Assembly (NCBI RefSeq): GCF_036321535.1
Contig: NC_087436.1
Span: 114,454,001 to 114,518,000 of the forward strand
DNA from: Camelus dromedarius
Taxonomy: Eukaryota
Direction of reading: 5' to 3'
DNA length: 64,000 nt
The notes below the pieces were generated by a model, which saw only the letters and a list, made by a program, of their open reading frames with translations, was not told the DNA's origin and searched no databases. Made by a program: the position numbers and the translations under genes. Shown piece after piece: positions 13,199 through 25,100 of the stretch (within the stretch, counting starts at the first letter, position 1; each line of letters begins with the position of its first letter).

Positions 13199-16100
13199 AT
13201 GTGTGTGGATGGTGTTTGGAGGAGCACAGTCCACAAGACTGCCCTCACTTCTGACACCAATTGCAAATTCAGGGTCCCCAAGACCACCCTCCTTAGGTTT
13301 GGTAATTTACTAGAAGGACTCCCAGAACTCACTGAAAACTGTTAAGCTCATGGTTATGATTTATTACCACCAAGGGACACATTAAAATCAGCCAAGGGAA
13401 GAGGCACATAGGCTAGAGTCCAGGAAAGTTTGAACACAGAGCTTCCAGTTGTCCTTTCCTTGTTGAATTGTGGAAAGCATTACCTCCCTGGCATTGACAT
13501 CTGAAGATGTATACAGATTATTGCCAACCAGGGACACTCACTAGACCCTGGATGTCCAAAGTTTTTACTGGGGCTCCATCATGTAGACATATGTCTGTCC
13601 TCAGTCTCCAGCCCCTCTGGAGATCAAGCTGATACCCCATGACCCACAGCAATTTGACTTGATCTAGACTCCAGGTAAATAAGAACACTCCTATCATACA
13701 TGGCATTCCAAAGGTTAGAAATCACCTCGCAGAACCAAGGGCAAAGACTAGACTTCTCCTTGTTACAGAGTTTATTTTTCAGCCAACCCTCATTAAGCAT
13801 TTATGGCATTCCAGGCAGCGTGCTCAGTTATTACACTATTGTGCAGGTACAGGTGAGGAAACAGTCACCAGGAGAAGGTATCTTGTCCAGGGTCTTGGAG
13901 CTAGCAACCACAAGCACTAATTTCAAACCCGAGTCTGGGCTACTGACCAACACCTTATGCTGCTCTTTACCACATGATTGGATATTGTTTATGACTTTTT
14001 CAAAAAATCCAAAATATTGAGTATTATTTGCAGTTGCTTATAGGTAGCATCTTGTAAATTTGCTGCTGGCTTTTGGATAGAATGCCTAGAGAGAAAATCA
14101 TAGAGGAGAAAAAGAAGAAGGTTTTAATGCCAAAGATGTATTTCTCAGTCTCTCCCATTCTTCATTCTTAGTGTTCATTTAAAAACTAAATTAGCGGCCC
14201 CAAAATGCAATGGCAGCACTCCCCACTCTTCACAATCATCCTCACGAGGTCATTTCTGAGTACCAGTGTAGGAGGCAGCTCTCATCCTGTGAACACTCCA
14301 CTTCTCAGCCGAACGAAAATTTTACTTCTTGATGCTTTATCGGGTCTTTTCAAAGTTCTTCATGGACAGGGCTAGATTTTACATGTCTGGGATCCAAAAA
14401 GTAAGAAGATGGCTATTTTGAGAGTACCAAATGGTAGGGAATGAAAACTTTGCATACAGTTTTCTTCTTTACTCCTTGCTGTGTCACAGGGAACTGACCC
14501 TCCTTCCTAAAGTAGAGGGGTTTTAGTGTCTGCTTGGAGTAGGGCCACTTATTGCTTCTTGCTTCTTCCATAAACAAGAGATCACAGGTGGTCATTAAAA
14601 TCTCTTTGACTTTGAAGTATGGCTTCAGGTGAATTTTTCCACTTAGCAGTGGTAAAGCATTCATACCAAGTCTCCTGACACACAAACGAGGAGTAACTAT
14701 TTGTCAAGAAAACATAAATAACTATCAGGTCTAATTTTTCTTTGCCTTTTTGATGTGTGAGAAGCTGAAAGAGAAAATTAAGAAATAAATTAAGATATGG
14801 ATTACAGCCTTTAAAAATGGCAGCTTCTTAGTTTTCACATGCTGAGGTCCCTGCGTCGGGCCCACAGATACACTCGCACTGCGTTGATAGCACTTCTCCT
14901 GCTTCATGTTGCTTTTGTTGCTGACTGACAGGCACGCTCCTCTTTCTGCTGACTCTCTTCCAGATGAAGAAAAGAACAAGCAGAACAAAACAAAAGCTCA
15001 AGCCAGTGATCCCAGTGAAGGGAAAGCAAAAAGTGTACGGCATGCTTACGTTCACAAACCGTATCTTTACTCAAGGTACTACAGTGACTCTGATGATGAA
15101 CTCACTGTAGAACAGCGGCGGCAGTCCATCGTAAGTCAGACTTAATCCCTTGCTGTGGTCACCTGTTAAATCAGGTTGGGAAACTTGACAAATCTCTTTA
15201 CCAGGTACTGGTAAACAGTCGAAACAGCAACATGTAGGTTCTGCCTTCAGGAATGTTGTCATTTTTCCAGGTAGAATAGACATGTGTTGGAGGTGTTCGT
15301 ATCATTGTGATTAATAGTAGTGAAGAACTGGTAATGGCCTAGGTGTTTCATAGTGTGGAAATGTTTGACTCAAGTGTGAATCCAGCCATAAAGAGAGATG
15401 TTGTCAGCCATTAACATAATATTAACGGGGAGATTAGTCAGTCCACATATTTCCTGCGTTTGAAAATATTTCTGAGATGTGCCATTGAATTGTTTTTTGT
15501 ATGTATATATTTTTATTGAAGTATAGTCAGTTTACAATGTTGTGTCAATTTCTGGTGTACAGCATAATGCTTCAGTTATGCATGAACGTACATATATTTG
15601 TTTTCATATTCTTCACCATGGGTTACTATAAGATACTGAATATAGTTATCTGTGCTATAGAGTATAAACTTGTTGTTTATTGAATTACTAACAGCTTTTT
15701 AGAGAAAAAAATTGCTACCTCATTTTATGTATACATTAGTTTTAAGATGGCCTACAGTTTCAAAAACATTAAGATATAAAAAGCTGTGCATCATAGAATA
15801 AGGAAATACTGCATGTAAAAAAATGATCTGAATGAAGTACACCAAAATGTTAATGGTGGCTTATCTCTTGAAGAGGCTAGTTGATCAGAAGTTAGTCCTA
15901 GTTTAGGATTTTTGGCACTTGGAGGCTTTGAGTTCTGGGTGGGAAAAGGACAGTGGGAGTAACACACAATGACTGGATTCTCCCTGGCTTTCAAATACGG
16001 CTGCAGAAAGTCCCATGTCCAAAACCTGGGTCCTAACAATATAGCCAGCAGGTCACATTTGTTGTAGGACTAGCCTGTCTCTTGAATCTGCATTTCAACT

Positions 16101-19100
16101 TTTGCCTTAGAGAAAATAAAAAAATTCTGGAGACCTACCTCTATACACTTGATGCTCATAGATATTTTTACAGCTATCCTTTTAATTAAAATAGCAGTTT
16201 ATTAAACCACCATTTTCCAAATAACATCTTTCTCATTCTTTAAACTGATGACATTCTGAAGAGTAATGAAAACGTTTCACATCTGTCTCTATTGGTCTCC
16301 TGGTAGCTTCCAAATTGAAACACATACACACACATACACATGTACACACGGCTGTATATGCACTTTTGCAGAACCCAGATTTGTAAAAGCATCTGAAGGG
16401 CAAGCATATTTTTTATCCCAGAGTGTTTTTGCTTTTCCCTGATAATCTCTCAGGACACCTATGAGTATTTTGTGGTTTTAGGCTAAAGAAAAAGAAGAGA
16501 GGCTTTTAAGAAGGCAAATTAATAGAGAGAAACTTGAAGAAAAACGAAAACAGAAAGCAGAAAAGACGAAGTCTTCGAAAGCTAAGAGTCAAGGTATAGG
16601 AGATGTGAGCTTTTAATATTTTAAACTATCTTATATACTCCATTATTTGCTAGATGTTATTATAACTTACGAGATATGATTATACAATAAAATGATCAAA
16701 ATTGTATCTCAGTAAAGCTGTTAGGTTTTTTAAATGATCTATTTTCAAGTGTAGAAGATTTCCTTACTTGTTAATCTGATTTGTTTAGTCCCTTTTCTTT
16801 TGTTATTGTATTGCTGTATCTGAATTAAGCATTCTAATCAGGTGTGAAATAAGCTACATGGGTGTATTGTACAACACGGGGAATGTAGCCAATACTCTAT
16901 AATAACTATAGATGGAGTATAACCTTTAAAAATTGTGAATTACTATATTGTATACCTGTAACATATAATATTGTATACCAACTATATTTCAATTAAAAAC
17001 AATTATATTGTAAAATAAATACATAAATAAAAAATAAAAATAATTAATTAATTAAGCATTCTATCATGTACCAGATGATATAACTCACATGTTAGTAATT
17101 TATTTTCCAGTGATAATGGAATGAATTATCACTGGAAAAATCATTGTTAACATGTGAGTCATCAAGCCTTGCAGTGATACTAATGGAATTAATCTATACT
17201 TGAAGTTAACTGAAGTGGCAAACATTTATCTGGAATATTTCATTGAACAAAGTTGAACTTCCTCTGGACACTGATCGTGTGTATAGAAATACATGCATGT
17301 ACATATATGAGCATTTGAAATAGAAAATATGACTCTTCTCTGTCTAAAATGTTTTTGTTCCAGCACAGCCTAGAGATATTGAAGCCATTTTTCATTTTTA
17401 CAATGATTAGAAAATCTTAATGAAAAAAATATTACACTATTTCTAAAACTCTGTTCTGAAACACAGTTTATCAATTGCTTCTTTCCCAGGCAAAAGTAGT
17501 GTGGACTTAGAAGAATCATCAGCAAAGAGTTTGGAACCCAAGGCCCCTCGAATTAAAGAAGTTCTTAAGGAACGGAAAGTTTTAGAGAAAAAGGTAGCCT
17601 TAAGCAAAAAAAGAAAAAAGGATTCCAGGTACATATTTTATCTGGCCACATTCCCATTGTAGCAATGTCTCGGGACGCTTTTAGAAGCGAGGCATTGAAA
17701 GTGACAGTAAAGAGCCAGACCCTGAATGTGCATGTTGTTCCATGAAAGATCTTAGGGTTTCCTTTTCAGTATCATAGTTCATTGTATTAGTACCTGCAAT
17801 ATTTCAAAGTAGTGTATTGGAGGGGTGGTCCCTGTCTTTTTTGATAATCTGTTGGAAGCTTTGGACTCTTTCCTCAAAAATGCATGTGTGCAAACACACA
17901 GTTGTCCCTAGAGTTTCAAAGTTTATAGACCCTCTAGAAGTACCCGGGAAGTGTCCCTGCTCTGAACATTCAGTTACCTCTTACTGGCAGTGATTGTGTC
18001 CATTCTCCCATCTTTGCAGGCAGTTCACTTCACCAGTATCTCATGCTTCTCCCTGTAAGCCAGAGGTCTAAAGCAAACTTTTCTTTAACACTGAGTTATA
18101 GTTAATTCTATAAGAAGAGACTGAATGTGGCTGTGCAGCCATGGGCCACAGTTTTGCTGTTCCATCGTGATGCAGTTATGTACATTTATCTTGGACTTGA
18201 TAGCTGAATCAGTAATTTACAGACCTCAGTGAGAGGAGTTAGCTCTCATTTTTCTTAGAGACCCCATCTCTGTCGATCTGAATAAATACAACTACCCTGT
18301 ATGTTATTCAAAAGATAAGACTTTCAAAATGAAATTATAGCCCATACAGTATTCATCTTCAAGCAACAACTCAGGAAGTTTTGTTTTAGCTATACTATAG
18401 GGCCAAGAACAGTCCGTGTCACAGTTGGGACTGGATTCTCCTCTGTTGTCCGAGAGTAGGATTTAAATTGAAATGTGCAAGTCTCTTTGTATGGATTAAG
18501 TGTTCATGGTAAAGAAAAGCTAAGCCTTTTTCTTAACCTTCCTGGGAAGTTCTTACATTCGATTCAAATGAAGTTCATATTTCATTTTTCCCCCACCTAG
18601 GAACATTGACGAGAATTCTAAAAAGAAACAGCAATCTGAAGAAGATGCCAAAGAAACCCTCAAAACAAGTGAGGTGTGTCTTAGTTAATAAAATCCCATT
18701 TTAAATGTTCTTTTGTTAGATACAGACCATTCAGTCCTTTGTAGTAAAATTTAGAATACAATTTGATCTTTTCCAAGTTGAATAAAAAGTCCAGCACATT
18801 CAGCGTTCTAGCACCCCCATTCTGTTATGGCCTAAATTCCTCATTTTGGTGAGTTGATTCATGTGATCTTTTATCTGGATAATAGCTACTTTTCTACTCC
18901 CCTGCTCTTGTTTCTTATATTGGCAATAATAAGACTGCCAGTAACAATAATGAAAAAGAAAAGGGGGAGAAAGCTAAAATCCTTCCACCTAACAAATTAT
19001 CCATTTCATTCTCTTCCATTTCTCATCCACATATGTACATAATTTTGTAGAGTAGATGTAATCTTGCAAAGTGTTTTTAACATTCCCTAATGCTCATTTC

Positions 19101-22100
19101 ATGTTACCTTATAGCTTCCTAATTATATTTAATGATTGCGTAGTGTTGTATTGAACAGATACACCATAATTTAAGCATTTCCTTACAGTTGGTGCTTAGA
19201 TTGCTTCCAAGATTTGATAATTTTAGATAGTAAAAATATCTACCTAAAAGTACTCCAAAAATATGCAATAAATACCTTTCTTCTTTTTTCATCATGTTCT
19301 TGGGTTAAACTTTTGCTTTCACTGGGTTTAAATCTTTATATAGTCTGCCATATTTATAATTCTCTAGCTGAACTATCTTGACACTTATAAGGGGAACACT
19401 GATAATTTAGTAATTATTTATTCATAGCCAGTAATTATTCCTGATGTCTTTATCCAGGAACTAGAGGCATATTTATAATTATATTCTGATATTTAATGGC
19501 ATATTTTAAAATATTTAACCATTTTATGAGACATTTCTGTGAAAAATGATCTCATAAAATTTTATTCACATTAATTGGTTAGAACTTACTGTAAAATTAG
19601 GTTGATGAAATCCCTGTTAGTTCTTTTTTTGAGGAATTTAATTTTAAAGTATTTTTAAAGATCTTGCTATGTTCTGGTCCCTACATTAGTATTACATTAA
19701 TCTTCCATGTTAAAATGTCAAAAGGTGCACTGATAAACTGACCCAGAGGCCCTTCTGAGGACTCAGCCCACTGTGTGAATAAGAATACTTACAGCTAGTC
19801 AGTGAGTCTTTATTAAAATGTGCTTAGCCATTAACATTAATTCACTCAGTGCCGTACTCGGTGGGATGGGGGGAGGTTTGGAGGCTTTGGTCTATCAGTA
19901 TCTTCCCTTGATACATAAACACATATATATGTGATATGTGATACGATTTCTATTACTGTGAGTTACTGGGTTCATTTGACATTTCCTAAGTACATTGTCT
20001 TACAGGTTACCTAAATTCATGAAGTTTCCATATATAATTTGGATTTCTAAATTAAGATACAAGAAACCTTTATTTCATTAATAAAATTTTTAAATTGCCT
20101 TCATTAGGTATTAAGCTTCTGCACTAAAAATGACCACTGGGCATTAGTGGGCTTTGGCAAATTAGAGTTTAAGAAGGCCTCCTAAAGGCATGGACACATC
20201 TCAGGAGAAAGACTCTCTACAAAGATGCTACAATGTCATGGGAAGAGTACTGGACTCAGGATGAAATCATCTAAACTTGTTGCCTAGGCATCAAGTTATT
20301 GAATCATGCTGAATCAGGTCCTGGTTGCAGAAAATGAAGTTATTAATACTATAGGCTGCTGGCAAAGACTGACTGAGGTGTAACGTGTGACAGCACTCAA
20401 CATACTAAATGAAGCCAGATGTTAAATTTGAATATAAAAATTAATTTTAGTATTTCTTATATCTTAACTGTTATTTTCTTACAGCATTGTGAAAAGGAAA
20501 AAGTGTCTTCTTCAAAGGATTCAAAGCATATTCATGCAAAAAGTGAACCAAGTAAACCTGCCCGGAGACTTTCAGAGTCTTTGCATTCAGCTGATGAAAA
20601 TAAAAATGAATCCAAAATAGAAAGGGAACATAAAAGACGGACATCGACCCCTGTTGTGGTGGAAGGGGCACAGGAAGAGACTGACACAAGAGATGGAAAA
20701 AGGCCAGCAGAACGCTCAGAAACTGGCACAGAAGAGCCCCAGAAACAGAAAAGCACACTTAAGAATGAAAAGCATCCAAAGAAAGATGATTCTGAAACAC
20801 CCCACTTGAAAAGCCTACCTAAAAAAGAGGCAAAGTCCTCCAAAGACAAGCCTGAAAAAGAGAAAACTCTGTCAGAAGACAAACCGTCAATGAAACATAA
20901 ATATAAAGGTGACCCCACACATAAAACAGGTGATGAGACTGAGCTTCACTCTTGTGAGAAAGGCTTAAAAGTCGATGAAAATATTCAGAAGCCAAATCAA
21001 CAGACAAAGCTTTCTTCAGATGATAAAGCTGAACGAAAAAGTAAACACAGGAATGAAAGGAAATTATCAATTTTGGGCAAAGATGGCAAACCAGTCTCTG
21101 AATATATTATAAAAACCGATGAGAACATTCGTAAAGAAAACAGCAAAAAAGAGAGATACTTGTCAGCCGAGAAAACTAAGTCAGAGCACAAATCAAGAAG
21201 ATCAAGTGATTCTAAAATTCAGAAAGATTCTCTGGGGTCCAAGCAACATGGAATCACATTACAGAGAAGAAGTGAAAGTTATTCAGAGGATAAGTGTGAC
21301 ACAGAATCGACGAGTATGGACAGTAATTCAAAGCCAGAAGAGGTTGTTCACAAGGAGAGGCGAAGAACCAAGAGCTTGTTAGAAGAGAAACTTGTATTAA
21401 AGTCTAAATCCAAAAGCCAGGGTAAACCGTTAAAAGTGGTTGAAACAGAATTGCAGGAAAATGTCACAAAACAGGCAACCACTCCAAAAGCAGATAAGGA
21501 GAAGAACACAGAAGAAGGTGACCCAGAGAGGCAGCGGAAGTCCAAAGCTGAAGACAGACCCGCTGAGGAAGGTGGCGCTGAGCCTGCGTCAGAGAGCCCT
21601 GCTTCTTCAGCACATGGTGCCCAGAAAGAGTCTAGTCACCGAGCTAAGGTACCGCCAGCAAAGGAGAAATACAAGGGTGAGAAAGATTCAAGTGCCACCA
21701 GACTTGAGAGGAGGTTATCAGATGGTCACAAAAGCAGAAGCTTGAAGCACAGTAGTAAGGATGTGAAAAAGAAGGAAGAAAATAAATCAGAAAGTAAATC
21801 AGAAGACAGGGATGGGAAAGAAGTTGACAGTAATCATGAAAAGGCCAGAGGAAATAGTTCAGTCATGGAGAAAAAATTAAGTAGAAGGTTGTGTGAAAAT
21901 CGAAGAGGGAGCTTATCCCAAGAAATGACCAAAGGAGAGGAAAAGCCAGCAGCAAACCCTCTGGGCACTCCCAGCAGTTCCTTCCTTCAGAAACCCAAAA
22001 AATGCAGTGATCCCACCTTGATGCCTGAACAGGAGCCAATGGAAGTTGATCCAGAGCCAGCCATGGAAAATGCACTGGAGATATCTAAAACCCAAGACAG

Positions 22101-25100
22101 CAGCAGCAACAGTCCTCAGCAAGACATCGACTCGGAAAATGTTACGAAACAGAAGGCTGCCATGACAGTTATAAAGGATGAGTTAAGAACTTCTATGGTA
22201 GATTCAAAAACAGCAGCCCTGGCCTGTAAATCAGGACGTGGAACAGGAGCCATTGGTAATTCTGAAAAGCACGCTGACCACAAAAGCATCCTGACCAAGA
22301 AAGTGCATCTCCAAAGCACTGTGTCCAAACCGAACCCAGGGGAGAAAGAATACACTCAGCAAGGAGCTCGTGAGATGAACGTAGACTCAGAAACTAGTCA
22401 TCGACTGTTACCCCAGGCCCCAGAAAGTTGCAGGGCACAAAAGAATCTGAAAAACACCACCAGACCCAGTGAGCAGTGTGTTGTTCAAGGAGACACAGCT
22501 CCTGAACGTCCCACAGATTTAGACCCTTCCCCATCCTTAAGCCCCATGACATTTGCACCTCAGAAGCAGTCCCATGATCCAAGTGTAATTCCTGTGGTTG
22601 AGAAGAGAACTGCTGGGGAAGGAGGCCCAGCCAGCACCTCACTTGTGGGCCGCTCTGAGACCCCTAACCCAAGTCTGGCTGCTGGAGAGTCACAGGTCCC
22701 CAGGGCATGTGACAGCAAACCGGGTGATGCCATTTCCACAGTAGATACGGCAGCCAAAGCCAGCGCAGGGAGCAGAAGACACATCCCAGAAGGTCCCCAG
22801 GCCACCATGCCACACAGCAAACAAGGGAAAGTGAATGTGCCTCTTGGTAGTGAGTCAGCAGACATGACTGTGGAAAATGAGAACGTTCACAAAGAAGGAG
22901 GCTCAATGGACACGGCCAGGAAAGAGGGTGACACGACCACAGGGCCCAGTTCAAAGCAGACAGTTAGAGCTCCCATAGAAAATGGCAGAAAAGACGGCAT
23001 TGCTGTCGCTCATACGGTAGGCGTGAGCACAGGAAAAGATGCGGAAACTTCTGGGCTTGAGCATAGCAGAGGCCCAGGTGAAATAGAAAACACGTCAGCT
23101 GATATTGAAAGAAGGAGCGAAAACAGTGAGGTGGACACCAGTGCTGGGAGGAACGCTGTGTCCTCTGTTCTCCACCGAGGGAGTGGGAATGCTAACGATG
23201 CAACAACGGGGTCTGCTAGAGCAGAACAGGCTTCTGCTGCCCCCAGTGCTGGAGGGGAGGACAGGGGTGTTCCCTTAAGCCCCGTAAAGGCAGGTGATGC
23301 CACCACCACGTCTTCAGAAATGGGGGAGGGCGAGGCGGCCGTGCCCTGCACAAGCATCGAGGCGGACGAAGGCTTCACGACCGGTATGCGCTCTGGGGAC
23401 AACCCTCTTCACGTCGGGGCGGAAGCCAGCGAAGGCACTGTCTTTGCCGCAGCTGAAGAAGGTGGCGCCGTGGTCACGGAAGGATTTGCTGAAAGTGAAA
23501 CTTTCCTTACCAGCACCAAGGAAGGAGAAAGTGGGGAGTGCGCCGTGGTGGGGCCTGAAGAGAGAGCAGCAGAGCCGGTGACGACTCCCGCCGGCACGAC
23601 TGAAGACGATGTCAACAGCGGGGCGACGGAAGAGAAGGACGACGCTGTGACCAGTGCAGGCTTGGAAGGGAAGTGTGATGGCTCTTCAAGCAGAGACTCA
23701 GAACTGGCGGAAGGGACCGTCGCTTTTATTAGTGAGGGGGAAAGTGACGGGGCGGTGACGAGTGCTGGGACAGAAATCAGAGAGGGGTCCCTGGGCAGCG
23801 GAGAGGGAGATGGATTCCGGAGAAATACGACGAGAATGGGCCCCAAGAAAGAAACTGAGGGGGTTGTGACATGTACGGGGGCAGAGAGGACAAGTGACAG
23901 CTTTGTCCTGTGCTCGGTAACTGATGTGGGGCCACAGGAAGAGCGCGGGGTCACCGGTGCCCCTGTAGTCCCCTTGGGCAATGACGCACCAGCAGGAGCC
24001 AGTGCCGCCCAGGAGGGAGGCGGTTCTGTGAACGACGGGCTGGAAGGTGAAAGCGCTGTCACCAGCACCGGGATCACGGAAGAGGATGGAGAGGGGCCGG
24101 CAAGCTGCACAGGTTCGGAAGAGAGCAGCGAAGGCTTTGCTCTAAGTTCCGAATCAGAAGAAGGCGGAGAAAGTGCCATGGACAGCACGGTAGCTAAAGA
24201 CGTCGCTGACGCCCCGGTAGTCGCTGCCGGCCCGTGCGACGACGAAAGCGTTGTGACCAGCACCGGCGCGAAGGAGGAGGACGAGGAAGGGGAGGGCGTG
24301 GTGACCAGCACCGGCAGAGGAAATGAAGTCGGGCACGCGTCGATGTGCGCGGGGATGGAAGAGGAAGGCGACGGGGCAGCAGTGTGCGAGAGTGCAGAGG
24401 AGGGGGACAGTCGGGTTGGTACCGTGGCGGGGCGTGTGGAAGCTGAGGCCGGAGCAGCCGTCCCAAACGCAACCGAAAGTAACATTGACAGCGTGAGCGG
24501 TGCTGGGAAGGGAAGCAAAGATCCAGAGATCTGCTCCAGTGCAAAAGGCGTCGTGGAAAGCAGCGTGACCAGTGCAGCCGCAGGCCAGGGCGAAGCGGCA
24601 CTAGTTCGTGAAGGTTGTGAGGTTCCCATGACCAGTGCAGCTTCAGGTCAAAGTGGCGGGCAGCTCACCAGAAAAGAAAAGGTTGACGAGACCACTATTT
24701 CCACTGGCCTGGCCGGGGGCAGTTATGAGGGACTCGTATCCGGGGCCGTCCCAGAGTACGAAGCTCATCACACATCGCCGAGGGAGAAAGAAGATGAGGG
24801 TGTCATCACCTCTGTGGACAATGAAGACTGCGACGGCCTCATGGCCACCACGGCCAGCGACAGCCTTGCCAACCAGACCTGTTCAGCAAGGGGCGAAAGC
24901 GAAGGCAAAGGCTTGGCGATTTCCACCAGTACCACGCATGGTTACACCGCGCAGTTAAGCCCGGCTGTAGACGTGGAGGAAGGTCACGCGCGTGTTCTGA
25001 GGACCGAACAAATCGCCGACGGCACCAGAGTGAACGTGGAGGGATTCGAGGCCCCCATGCCCAGCGCTGTTGCAGGAGATGAGAGCCAGCCCGCTGCTCC

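Noticed and set aside
19521..19560. Small AT-rich hairpin attttatgagacattt...aaatgatctcataaaat
   Set aside because: Short, bulged and in very AT-rich DNA, so plausibly chance.
23409..24629. 406-aa antisense ORF, and a 201-aa one at 24984-25589
   Set aside because: They mirror the GC-rich BOD1L1 exon 10 codons in register and give low-complexity Ser/Pro/Ala translations, so they are shadow ORFs.
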